From assembly GCA_965603825.1 (NCBI GenBank), contig CBFDEM010000053.1, positions 1,450,879 through 1,514,878 of the forward strand: a stretch of 64,000 bases of DNA. The letters are read 5' to 3'. The notes beneath the pieces were generated by a model. The model saw only the letters and a program-made list of their open reading frames with translations, was not told where the DNA came from and ran no database searches. Below are positions 36,083 to 47,779 of the stretch, piece after piece. The first letter of the stretch is position 1, and each line of letters starts with the position of its first letter. The stretch is from Blepharisma stoltei ATCC 30299. Lineage: Eukaryota > Protista > Ciliophora. The position numbers were made by a program, and so were the translations under genes.

Positions 36083-37165
36083 TTATTGCAGCTGACAGCT
36101 TGTACCAATTTGCTCTGCATATCCATCGGATATTAAAGATTTAATTTCAAAAACTTCTCTTCTTGCTTGATTAATAAAAATATTTTGTGAATTTACAGAT
36201 AAAATGCTTTGTGAGCTTGTGCTTAATAATAAATTTATTGATAATTTGTCATTTGATATTATTGCTTTGATTATTTTTTTAATTTCAGTAATTTCATCAG
36301 TTAAAATTTTTATTTCAGTTTCTATTTGCTTTACTCAGTGAGCATAATTATCTGTAGATTGTTGTGCACTACGAGGAGTCATATCGAGAATTAAACTCTC
36401 ATCGTGAGAAACCAAAAACTGATCAATTTTATCTATATCAATATTCTTCGAAATTTCTTCAATCTTTTCAGTTATAGCAGTTTGGTCAAAAGATTTATTT
36501 AAAGGAGGCTTTGAAATCGAATTTTCTCGTGGCCTTGCTTTAGGTTTTAGCTTTGATTTTTCTTCTTCTATTTCTTTTTGTTTTATTTTATGCTTCTCTT
36601 CTTCAATTGCTTTAATTTTCATCCTTTCTTCTTCCATTTCTTTTACTTGCTTATTAAGATTTTCTATAATCTCGTCTTTCTCTTTTACGACTTTTTCGAA
36701 TTCTGAAATATTTTCTTTAAAGAGTGCTCTAAATTGCAATTCTCTTTCTTTAACCATAATCCCTAATTTCTCAATAATGGAATCCTTCTTGTTCACATCT
36801 TCTTTTAGCTGATTTATAGTTGTTATGTATTCATTTAATTTGGTTTCATATTCTTTATATTGATGCTTGAATTTTTCTTTTTCGACTTCCAGTTTTAGAG
36901 CATCATTTTTATAGCTGAGGTATCCTAATGTTTGAGAAGTTATAGGCAGTTTAGGAGATTGCCTTTTAGGTGACAGTATTTCTTTAGGACTCATCACATT
37001 AGGCGTTGGGATATTTGTATCTAAGCTGCTAAAATTTCTGAAAAAAGATTTCGGACTTTCAATGCTCTTTTTTTCTGAGATTGGCTCATACCCAACTAAA
37101 TGCGAGGTGGAAGCAATAGCTGATTTATGATAGTCAACTCTTCTTTTGAACCTATATGATTCCAT
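36083..37165 (-). CDS. Coiled-coil protein with CEP85-like C-terminus (~360 aa)
   Basis: Extends through TGA 36335-36337 to ...SINLLL...IKSLISDGYAEQIGTSCQLQ*. Confidence 0.65.
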
Positions 37166-37187
37166 AAATAATTATTTTCTTATAATA

Positions 37188-38333
37188 ATGGCAAGAATTG
37201 ACCCAAAGCATGGTGGACTTGTATGGGATTCTGATCTCGTCGAACGCAATATAAATCTCGAATTTAATCCAGTTGTTAGCACACTTCCACTTGAAGAAAA
37301 AGTTCGTAGGTCGCTCTCTGTAGGAGTTGAATGCATTTTCCCAGAAGAGCTGGAAGAACTGTTCAGAAGTAAAACACATCCGGTGTGCTATGATGGGTTT
37401 GAGCCTTCAGGACGTATGCATATAGCTCAAGGGCTTCTTAAAGCTATCAACGTCAATAAGCTGACAAGCTCAGGCTGCATTTTCATTTTCTGGGTCGCTG
37501 ATTGGTTTGCAATGCTCAACAACAAAATGGGTGGAGACCTTACCAAAATCCGCCTTGTAGGCAAATACATGATCGAAACTTGGCGAGCAGCAGGCATGGA
37601 CATGCGAAATGTCAAATTCCTCTGGTGTTCAGAAGAAATCAATAAAAAACCTAATGAATATTGGGAAAGGGTCATGGATATCGCTATGCGTAACAACATC
37701 ACAAGACTTAAAAGATGCGGCCAAATCATGGGAAGAGAAGAAAGTGGCAAAATGCCTGCTGCCCAAATTTTGTACCCAATCATGCAATGCTCAGACATTT
37801 TCTTCTTAAAAGCTGACATTTGCCAGCTCGGTCTTGACCAAAGAAAAGTCAACGTATTAGCAAGAGAATATTGCGACCAAATCAAGCAGGCCAAAAAGCC
37901 AGTCATTCTTTCACACCCAATGCTTATGGGTCTGAAAAAAGACCAAGAAAAGATGAGCAAAAGTGACCCAGGCTCAGCTATTTTTATGCAAGATTCTCAA
38001 GAAGACGTAGTTACCAAAATAAATAAGGCATACTGTGAGCCAGGCGACATTGAGAAAAATCCAGTACTGAACTATACCAAGCATATCATATTTGGCTCAC
38101 GGGGAGAATTACTTATCAAAAGAGCTCCAGAGAATGGTGGAGATACCCTTTACAACTCATATGAAGCTTTAGAAGCTGACTTCGCTGCAGGGAGAATTCA
38201 CCCAGGTGACTTAAAGCCAGCAGTTTCAGGTGCCATTAACAGTCTATTAGACCCTATTAGAAGACATTTCCAGACAGACCCATATGCTAGATCTCTCTAC
38301 GAGCAAGTAGCTGCTTTACAAGTTACTAGATAA
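37188..38333 (+). CDS. YARS: Cytosolic tyrosyl-tRNA synthetase
   Basis: YDGFEPSGRMHIAQG, QLGLDQRKVN, KMSKS, HPGDLK. Confidence 0.95.
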   Translation: MARIDPKHGGLVWDSDLVERNINLEFNPVVSTLPLEEKVRRSLSVGVECIFPEELEELFRSKTHPVCYDGFEPSGRMHIAQGLLKAINVNKLTSSGCIFIFWVADWFAMLNNKMGGDLTKIRLVGKYMIETWRAAGMDMRNVKFLWCSEEINKKPNEYWERVMDIAMRNNITRLKRCGQIMGREESGKMPAAQILYPIMQCSDIFFLKADICQLGLDQRKVNVLAREYCDQIKQAKKPVILSHPMLMGLKKDQEKMSKSDPGSAIFMQDSQEDVVTKINKAYCEPGDIEKNPVLNYTKHIIFGSRGELLIKRAPENGGDTLYNSYEALEADFAAGRIHPGDLKPAVSGAINSLLDPIRRHFQTDPYARSLYEQVAALQVTR

Positions 38334-38353
38334 TTAACTCATCAAATATTAAA

Positions 38354-38908
38354 TTAATGGTGCCCTCCAGATATCAGATTATCTGCATATTTCGTTTCCG
38401 CACAAGAGGATTTATAAAATGTTTTCTGGGTGGCAGTTGGCAATTTTCTAGCTTTTTCGAAATCAAAAAACCCATAGCCTTGGCCATAAGTCAAGGGTCG
38501 GATATAAACTTCGTGTGGAGCTATGTTGCTACGTATATGTTTTCTCCTCTTGAAGGTTAAATCGTCGAAGCTTGACAGCTGTTTAGCTCTTCTGGCCCTT
38601 GCTTCAAGATCGCCCAAAATGTTATTTAAAGCTGATATGAATTCTTGCCAAGAAATTCTGCCATCTCTATTTGCATCGAATTCTTCCATAAAGAAGGCGA
38701 CTTCTTCTTCTAAAGGGTCCATCCCATAGGTTTCTCTCAGTAATGTTCTTACTTCATCGATATCTATATAACCGCTTTTATCTTTGTCGATTCTGTCAAA
38801 GGCTGCTTTAAATTCTTCAGGTGTGAAAATGTTCAGACCAATTGCGTTAATCAGATGGGTTTGGAAAGAGTTTTGAGGGCCAAGTGCAGTTATTCCAAAG
38901 AAAGACAT
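38354..38908 (-). CDS. EF-hand protein, FAP85/RIB22-like ciliary microtubule inner protein
   Basis: Two canonical EF-hands (DKDKSGYIDIDE, DANRDGRISWQE); MSFFGITALGPQNSF and PHEVYIRPLT..GYGF resemble TEX49/FAP85-type motifs (from memory). Confidence 0.6.
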   Translation of the reverse strand: MSFFGITALGPQNSFQTHLINAIGLNIFTPEEFKAAFDRIDKDKSGYIDIDEVRTLLRETYGMDPLEEEVAFFMEEFDANRDGRISWQEFISALNNILGDLEARARRAKQLSSFDDLTFKRRKHIRSNIAPHEVYIRPLTYGQGYGFFDFEKARKLPTATQKTFYKSSCAETKYADNLISGGHH

Positions 38909-38933
38909 ATTTAAAATTACTTATACGAAACCA

Positions 38934-39747
38934 TTAAGTGCTTTTTTCTTTAGCTGCCCTTGCTGCTAGCTTAGCCTCGATTTCTTTGTTTTCTTGAATT
39001 ATTCTATCTAATCTCTCTTTATCCATGCTATGTTTTTGTTTAATGTATTCATAGAGAGGTAGCAAGCTTTTCTGGAGTAATCTTGATATGGATAAATTAA
39101 ATAAGCTTGCATTATAAACTGCCCCCAGTGCGTTAACATTTCTTTTAGTGCTTTCATAAGCTTGCTGTTCTTCTCTTAAGATGTTTCTCTGTACTTCTAA
39201 TAAATAATCAAAGCAGTCGTGCATTATCATCAGTTCAGGCTGCTTCAGAAGCTTAAGTGGGCTCACAATTTCTACTTGTATGGATTTTGCCTTATTGTTG
39301 ATGGTCTGAAAAGCAATTAAATCAATTTTTTCAAGCTGAGTTAAAAAATACGTTATGTTGGTCTCGAGAAAAGCATGAAATTATCAGCCCTACAAATTCC
39401 CTTCCAAGCGACTGTAAAGCATGCTGGGTACGGATATCAACATGAGATGGAAAAACTGTGATATTTGGGTGTGAATGAAACCAACCTTTCACTGTAGAAG
39501 CTTGCTGTATACTTCTGCTTAACTCTTCAGCATGGTCCATGGCCTCAGACAGTTGAATATCATCTACTTCTACTCTATCTTTTTCTTTGCAATTTCTTTG
39601 TAGACTTTTGGAGCCCCAAATCCTGACAACTCCTTCATCATAATCTCCGAATAAGATTCCCAGAACTTCTTCTTGGCTAGTAATAAAGCTATGCCCTAAT
39701 AATCCTCTGAAGCAGTCTGAGCTTAATTCCACTTTTTCCACTGACAT
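38934..39747 (-). CDS. BRCC3: BRCC36-like JAMM/MPN+ K63 deubiquitinase (~265 aa)
   Basis: EEVLGIL, KDRVE, GWFHSHPNITVFPSHVDIRTQ; 16-nt intron 39336-39351 joins the two track ORFs. Confidence 0.88.
39336..39351 (-). other. 16-nt intron (GTATTTTTTAACTCAG)
   Basis: GT..AG; removal puts LEKIDLIAFQT in frame with the downstream ORF. Confidence 0.85.
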
Positions 39748-39757
39748 TTATTATCAA

Positions 39758-41167
39758 ATGGAAAACCGCCGGTACAATCAAAGAAGAGGAGAGAGCGAAT
39801 GGGCTGTTTTAATTAACGCCCAAGCTGCGACTAACAAGATGATTGAAGAAGAAGAAAAAGAAATGACCAGAATGAAGAAAAAATTTTATAAAGAAGAGCT
39901 AGATCGGCAATTACAAGAAAAAGCAAATTCGAAATTTAAATCTTTAGACGAGCTTGATAGCCAGAAGAAATTTTTACAAGCCCAACAGGAAGCGATTAAA
40001 CACTGGGACCAATCTTTGAAAAAGGAAACGAAAAATACTCAAGAGATTTTGTCAAAAGAGTATGAAAATCAAGCTCTGGAAAGAAGCGCAAAGGCAAGAT
40101 ACGAAAGAGAACTAGCTATCAAAGAAGAGCAGGAAAAAATCAGAAAAATGCAAGAAGAGATGGAAAATGAAAGAAAAAAACAAAATGAGTGGAAAAACGA
40201 AATAGTAAAAAAAGAACAAGAAGTCTTGAAAGAGCTAGAACTGAAAAAGAGAAAACAGCAAGAACAAGAAGAGCTGGCGAGGCTTAAAGATAAAGAAATA
40301 ATTGAGAACAGGATAAAAGAGATGGAAGCACTGGAGTATGAATTTCAAAATTTCTATAATAAGAGATTAGTCGCACGAGAGCAAAGGATGAAAAACTACA
40401 CACCAGTGCTTCATGAAAATAACATCCTTTCAAATTTGATGAAAAGAAATGAAGAAATCGATCAAACCGCAAAAGAAAGGCAAACCTTAAAAGAACAGGC
40501 TGAAAGACAACAAAGAGAAAGCGCTTTAAATAAACTAAAATCTGATCTCGAGCTGCAGATAGAGGAAAGCTTAAAGAAGCAAGAAATAGAGCGAGAAGAT
40601 AAAGCAATAATACAGAAGAAAATAAATTACGCATCTCAAATCCTGGAAAATGAAAGGATAAGTCTAGTTGAAAGAAGAGCCAAAGAAAAGGAAGATTTAA
40701 GAAAGAGCTTAGAGTTACAGCTAAAAGATCAGCAAAATAGGCTGAATTCATATGAAAGGATGAACGAGAGAGAAAAAGAAATGCACAAGAATATCTTGTC
40801 TCATATAGAAGAGCAAGCGAAAATTGCATTCCCAGGTATTCCAGGATCCCACTCTGCAGAGCCTTCGCTAAAAGAATACTCAAAAATTTATTTAAGAGGA
40901 GATAATTCTAACACTCCAACAATCAGAAATTATTCTCTCTCAAATACAGTTGAAGGAACTCCAGACATTTCATCACCAGCAAAAACAACAATTGCAAATT
41001 CATTGGAAAGGAAAAGCATTAACTTTTTTGTTGATCCCAATAAGCATGATCCAATAGTAAACCCAATAGGATCAAAAATCCCAAATGCAATTCAAGGACA
41101 GAGAATTGCGAGACCAAACGGATCTTTATCGAAACTAGCTCAAGCTGGAGGCTCAATTTTTAATTAA
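39758..41167 (+). CDS. Trichoplein/TPH-like charged coiled-coil protein
   Basis: 469-aa ORF with repeated LxxQI/L motifs in E/K/Q-rich helices. Confidence 0.75.
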   Translation: MENRRYNQRRGESEWAVLINAQAATNKMIEEEEKEMTRMKKKFYKEELDRQLQEKANSKFKSLDELDSQKKFLQAQQEAIKHWDQSLKKETKNTQEILSKEYENQALERSAKARYERELAIKEEQEKIRKMQEEMENERKKQNEWKNEIVKKEQEVLKELELKKRKQQEQEELARLKDKEIIENRIKEMEALEYEFQNFYNKRLVAREQRMKNYTPVLHENNILSNLMKRNEEIDQTAKERQTLKEQAERQQRESALNKLKSDLELQIEESLKKQEIEREDKAIIQKKINYASQILENERISLVERRAKEKEDLRKSLELQLKDQQNRLNSYERMNEREKEMHKNILSHIEEQAKIAFPGIPGSHSAEPSLKEYSKIYLRGDNSNTPTIRNYSLSNTVEGTPDISSPAKTTIANSLERKSINFFVDPNKHDPIVNPIGSKIPNAIQGQRIARPNGSLSKLAQAGGSIFN

Positions 41168-41424
41168 GCATTTGTTAGGTATTTTCACTATCATACAATA
41201 TAAAAATTTTTAATTATCCAGCCGCTTTTCCTTATTCGGCACATTAAATGCCGCTTGGTGTGTGCTGAAAACTAGGAGAAAAAGTATTCTTGTATATATT
41301 CGTTAAAATCTGATTGATTAAATTAATGGGTAAAGCTGATAACTATTTTAAAAATTTTATTAATTGATTGACGATGTCATCAGATTTTCAGCATTTAAAA
41401 AAGTTTGTAATTTGTAATTAAACT

Positions 41425-44163
41425 ATGGGAAATTGTGCAGGTCGTAAAAAATCAGTCACCGTAAAAACTATCCCTGCTTCTGCCTCCAACACCTATAAAA
41501 AGAGCGAAACTAAGTTATCCAGCTCTATTGCCAAAACAACTCCTCAAACAGAGGAATTTAAAAACGAAACCAATACGAATTCAGTTTCTAATGCCCGAAA
41601 AATGATCAAAAAAAAGGCACCTGTAGCTGATCATAGGAAAAAGAACTTAGAAGACGTTGACGCTCCTAACGCAATAGTCACTGAAAAAATAAAATCTGAA
41701 AGAGAAATTGAAGATCTCCGTAAATCGCTTGCAGCAAGTTCTTTATTCAGCAGCTTGCCTGAAGAAAACCTTCGGCTTATTATTGACCAAATGAAATACT
41801 ACACTTTAGGAGCTCGAGAAGTTGTGTTTAACCAAGGACAGCCTGGAAATAACTTCTTTATAGTCGCTTCTGGAAGAGTTGAAATCATAGTGAATGGAGA
41901 AACAAAAGGATTTCTTTCCAAAGGAAAAGGTTTTGGAGAGCTTGCACTTCTGCACGATTCTTTAAGAACAGCCACAATCATGACTCTTGATAAAGCAACC
42001 TTGTGGGGAATAGGGAGACAGGCTTTTAGAAGTGCGGTGGAAAGCGTTAGCAACCAGAAATATATTGAAAACAAAAATTTCATTGACCATGTACCTATTT
42101 TAAGCATGCTTACCCCAGCTCAAAAAGATGCACTTTTAGCTGTTATGGTCTCACAGGATTTCGAGGCAGGGCAGAAAATCGTGTCAGAAGGTGACCCTGG
42201 AGATTTGTTTTATGTAATTAAAGATGGAGTTGTCAGCTGTACAGTGAAAGGAAACGAAATAAGACAGCTTGGAAAAGGAGACTTCTTTGGGGAACAAGCT
42301 TTGCTTTATAATACCACAAGAACAGCTACTGTTACAGCGATAAGCAAGGTTTCAATCTTTTCTCTAGGTAGAGAAGATTTAACACGAGTCTTAGGTGACC
42401 AGCTTCAGCAAATTATATATAGAAATACCCAAAGAATATCCATTGAAAAGTCCCAAACATTAAAAGTATTAACAAAATCTCAAGCAGAAACAGTTATCGA
42501 TAAAATGAAAGTCACTTCATATCATGATGGGCAAATAATGATTGATAAAAACAGCCCCAAGCTGCAAATGATTTGGATAGTTCTGAAAGGAAACTTGGTT
42601 TCATTACATACGACTATAGGTGTTTTCCAATGCATTGGAGATATGGATTTTTTGCAGCCAAATATAACTAAATATGAAGCAAGCTATGCTGCTGTAGGAG
42701 ACACAGATGTGGCAGAAATATCTTGGATGGATTTAGAAGCATGCATTGGAGGAAGATTAGCGAATGTTTCGCAACAAAATCAAGTTTTAGGCATTTTGAG
42801 GAGAGTGCAACTACTGAGAGCGTTAAGTGTGAGCAAATTGGAGCAGCTCGCGTCGGCACTTAGAGTTAGGGATTTTATGGACCAAGAGCCAGTGTTCATG
42901 CAAGGTGATCCGGGTGATGCTTTTTATATTGTAAAAGAAGGGCAAGTTGAGATCTATAAAGATGGAGTTTCCATCAGAACTATTATTAAGCACGATTTCT
43001 TTGGTGAAAGATCTATCATTTTGCAAGAAAATCGTACAGCTACCGCGATTTCAAAAGGCCCTACAAGCTGCTGGATTTTAGATAAACAACAATTTTTAAA
43101 TCTGATTGATGAAAACATAAGGAACCAAATTTTAAAGAGAATGGAGCTCCAAAATGACAGTGTTCACCTGAATGATTTATCTATCATAAAAACTCTAGGT
43201 AAAGGTATGTTTGGAAATGTATTTTTGGCTGTCCACAAAAAAATAAAAACTCCTTATGCGCTTAAAACAGTCCACAGAAGCAAAATTCATGCTTTTCAGA
43301 TCCATGACAATTTAGTCCTAGAAAGGAAAATTTTGCTGGAACTTGATCATCCTTTAATCATGAAACTTGTAAAAACCTTTAAAGATCCAGACAGGATTTA
43401 TTTTTTAACTGAATTCGTCCGTGGGCAAGATCTTTTTGATGTGCTGAGAGTTTTAAATCTTCTAACAAATGAGTGGTCGAAATTCTATGCAGGCTGTATT
43501 TTCTTAATGCTTGAGCATCTGCATGAGCGAAATATAATTTATCGTGATTTAAAACCAGAAAATATTATGGTTGACGAATATGGGTATCCTAAACTAATTG
43601 ATTTTGGTACAGCTAAACAAATTGATGGAAGAACTTATACAGTTGTTGGGACTCCTCATTATATGGCGCCTGAAGTTATCATTGGAAAAGGATATGGCTT
43701 GGCTGCTGATTATTGGAGTGTAGGGATTATGATTTTCGAGTTTTTCTGTGGAATTGTGCCTTTTGGAGAAGATGAAGAAGATCCTTATAAGATTTATGAA
43801 AAAGTAATTGAAAGAAGGCTAATTTATCCACCTTATGTAGGACAAAATATGAAGGCTGCGCCATTTATCGAAATGCTGCTATCTAAAAATCCTTCAATGA
43901 GAGGAACAGTTGAAACAGTTAAGGAGCATAAATGGTTCCAAGGAATGGATTGGGATGGATTGCTAGGGAAACAGTTAAAGCCTCCTTATGTGCCTAAGCT
44001 TGAAAGTCTTGCTGGAGAAATTGAGCATGGACTGAAAAGAAACAAGGATGTTACAGAGCTTATTATGGTAATTATTACTTAGAAAGAAGAAATTAACGAT
44101 CTCACTGAGATTCCAAAGAAAAGAGGAAAAGCCCCTCCTGAAGATTGGGATCATGATTTTTAA
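41425..44163 (+). CDS. PKG: cGMP-dependent protein kinase, alveolate type (~907 aa)
   Basis: MGNC; FGELALL/FGEQALL/FGERSII cNMP domains plus a degenerate third; GKGMFGNV, YRDLKPEN; intron 44068-44082; ends DWDHDF. Confidence 0.93.
44068..44082 (+). other. 15-nt intron (GTAATTATTACTTAG)
   Basis: Removal restores the WDxDF tail also seen in the paralog. Confidence 0.9.
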
Positions 44164-44407
44164 GATGTAAATACAGTATAAAAATATAAAATCAATAATA
44201 TTTAGTGTAAATAATCTTTCCAATTAAAAAATCTAATTCAATATTTAAAATTTATTTTTTCTGCAAATTTTTTTATAAGAAGTTTCTTAAATATAATATA
44301 GTTTAGTATTAAGTTTTAGTTAGTTATAAATAAAGCGATATTTTCTCTAATACATTTTCTTAAAATTACAAGTCTTTTTTTTTCTTTATTGGAGATATAT
44401 TAAAACA

Positions 44408-46075
44408 ATGGGTATTTGCAACCCTAAAAGCACGATTAAAAAAATAGAGACCTTTGCAGCAGCAGATCCTCCAATGGAATTGGTTTCTGGCTGCAGATTT
44501 GATAGTAATTTTTATTTAGACATTCATAAATATTACAATTTGATACGTGTAATCGGATATGGACAATTTGGAACCGTCAGAGAAGCTACCAAAATTATCG
44601 ACACGCTAAATCCCACCACACAGGCAGAGCAAGTTCGTTATGCAATCAAATCAATAAGTAAAGAAAAAGCTAAAGGAGAACTTAAATTTCTAAAGCGAGA
44701 ATTAGAAATTCTTCAAATCGTAGATCACCCTAATGTTATAAAAATGTTCGAAGTCTTTGAAGATACTCAATTCATTCATATTGTTATGGAACTCTGCACA
44801 GGAGGCGACTTATTTGACCATTTAATTGAAAAACAAAGCCTGACTGAGCAAGAAGTTTCCAATTTCATCAGAAAAATTATTCTTGGAACAAAACATTTGC
44901 ATAGTCTAAAAATATGCCATCGCGATTTAAAGCCAGAGAATTTTATGCTGACGGATAAAAGCCCAAATGCTGAACTGAAAATTATAGATTTTGGAATGTC
45001 AGCACAATATGGAGTAGGTGAAATGAAGACTGTTGCTGGAACTCCTTATTTTTTAGCTCCTGAGGTATATTCTAAAAAATATGGAAAAGAATGTGATTAT
45101 TGATCTATAGGAGTAATCATGTATTTTTTGCTTTCTGGAAAATATCCTTTTGAAGGAAAATCCCTGGCTGATGTACTTATCAAAACTCGAAAAGGTGAGT
45201 TCAATTTTATGGATGTAAAATGAAATAATATTTCCGATGATGCAAAAGACTTAATTTCAAGGCTGCTTGTAGTTGACCCAGATAAAAGAATAAATCTTAA
45301 GCTAGCTTTAAATCACAAATGATTCAGATCATCAAGTGGCCAAAGAGAAAATTCTTTGTGTTTAGATGTTTTGCACTCAATTATTAATTATAAAGCTCAG
45401 GGAAAGCTATGAAAAGAAACAATGAAAATTTTTGCAAAGATGTTGACAGAAGACCAAATCAAAGACCTCCGTGAAGCTTTTTGCAGGATAGACACTCATA
45501 AGAATGGTTTTATTACTGCTGCTGACATCAGAGAAGCAATGAAATCTCAGAACTATCAAATGGCTGCAGGGAAATTTCAAAAATTAATAGAAAGCATAGA
45601 CTATATTGGTCAAGGCAAGCTAAACTATGAACAGTTTATTATGGCGGCTTTAGATAAAAAACAGTTCATAAATGAAGAAAATATGTGAAATATTTTCAAG
45701 CTTTTTGATCATGTAAGCTATATATAGGACAATGATGGCAATATAAGAATAAATGAATTAAAAAGAATTCTAGGAGAAGCTGGGTGCTGTGTCTCTGAAT
45801 TAGAATACGGTGAACTTATATATGAATTTAAATTGAAAGCAGGAGATGAAATGAGCTTTGAAAAATTCAAAGAAATTATGATGTGTAAGATATATACAGG
45901 CTTTTCTCCAGAAGCAACTCCAGAGCTTGGCCCTCCTTCTAGAGAAGAGGACGAAAGGAGAGAAAGGGTAGCAATGAGAAGATTGTCTCAAAAAAGATTT
46001 AGTGTAAGAAGATCAACTAATGATATGCCAGAAAATAGAAAACCATCAGAGAGTGAAATTAATTATTTGGAATAA
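44408..46075 (+). CDS. Calcium-dependent protein kinase (CDPK) (~550 aa)
   Basis: Kinase plus EF-hands; CDY*SIG (invariant Trp encoded by TGA 45101-45103); intron 45713-45727 inside EF-hand 3. Confidence 0.92.
45713..45727 (+). other. 15-nt intron (GTAAGCTATATATAG)
   Basis: Removal gives the EF loop DHDNDGNIRINE. Confidence 0.9.
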
Positions 46076-46287
46076 TAAAAAATTTGTTTATAAATTGCAT
46101 TATACTATGCTCTGCAGATTTTATTTGTGATTTATAAGATTAATTAATCTAGAAATCCAAACTTTCAAAAAAGTATAATTGTAATTTTATGATTATTTTA
46201 TTATTAAAATCTTTTTATTTATTTCTAAGTTTTAAAAATGCCCCCCTGACTTTCAAATCTTTTGCTATTTAATTTTAGTTTTGAAAG

Positions 46288-47325
46288 ATGAAGGCACTTG
46301 AAAATTACAATATTCTTGGGATAATTCTTTCATATCTGGACCCACTTGAAATGTTTTCCTCTATTCAACTTGTAAACCATGCATTTAATCATGTATCAAA
46401 AACGCATAGACTTATCGAGAAATCTTTCTCAAACATGCTTGCAGATATATTTTGGGTAGAAACTCCACTGGAAAATCCAGGAATTAAAATATTTGCAGGT
46501 CTTTGTAATAAATTTTATAAAGGCAACCGTGTGATTTGAAGGCTCAAACAGTGTAGTTTTTGTGGAAGATTTATTAAAGTATCTAAATACCCTAAATCAA
46601 ATGCTTTTATGATGCAGATTACTGCTGATGAAGAGATCCCTCATAAAACTCACAAAAGAATAAGACTATGGGCCCATGGGTCCTCCTTTACACTTTTCGT
46701 CGGCAAAATGAAAAACCACAGATGTATGAACATAAAATGAGAATCATGCCCAGTAACAGAAAATAGCCAAGACTGCAGTGAGTGATTTTATAAAACTGCT
46801 TCATATAGATACACATATCGCATAACTACTTGGCAATATCGAATGAAAGACATAGCTTATAATTATCCCGAAAAATGCTTAAAAAAGTTTTTATGATTTA
46901 AAGCTTACTGTGAAAAGGAATATAATCAGTCTTTATTTTCAAATTTTCAGCTCTGGACTGATAAAGAATCAAAGTATACAACAGTGCATATTGGAGAATA
47001 TATATCACTCACGTATTGCCAAATTAATTGAGCGGATGAGTTTTGAGATATTTTGAACGAAAAATGTTATGAGTTTGATAAAACTATTGATGAATATAGT
47101 ATTAATGGCAGAAAAAAATTGAGCTTTTTGATAATAAAATTCATCCAGTATTTAATTAAAGCAGGAATTTTTGTAAGAGCAGAAGAAAATTTTGGGAGAG
47201 TTTCAATCAATGAAGAGTCTTGCGAAAACATCGAATCATTTCATTTTGCGAAATATAGACACAATTTTGTTATTACAATGGCCAAAGATTTGGAAGGACA
47301 AAGAGGATATCCGATGGTATTGTAA
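46288..47325 (+). CDS. Hypothetical protein with F-box-like N-terminus (~345 aa)
   Basis: One frame with six TGA codons and no TAA/TAG; ILGIILSYLDP..IQLVNHAF. Confidence 0.6.
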
Positions 47326-47779
47326 AGTAATCTTTGAATCTCCTTTTTACTAAAATTATATTTTAATAGTAAAACTAAATTAAATTTTAAGATTTATTCA
47401 TTCGAAATTAAAATTTCTTTGGATTTTTAATAAATATTTAAAATTTTAATAAATTGGATTGCGACAAAGGTTTTTTAAATGATGAAAATTAAGTATTCTA
47501 GCAATATTTCCAATTAGAATCACTGAATTAATAGTATATTAGAATCTCATCTTTTTTAATCTTTTTTTTTGAAATCAAATATATGATTTGAATTTCGAAT
47601 CAGTTACACAAAATGTTTATTTCTGTCAGAACCTTATTAAATTCTTCCATTTTAATTAAAATTTCCATTGATATATGAGCCTCTTCATAAGTATTTGCTC
47701 TTATATTTTCTTATTATGCGTCACTATAGCTCCTTAAACCATAATAGTTATTCAAATTGCTTATCAAAATATTAAAACT

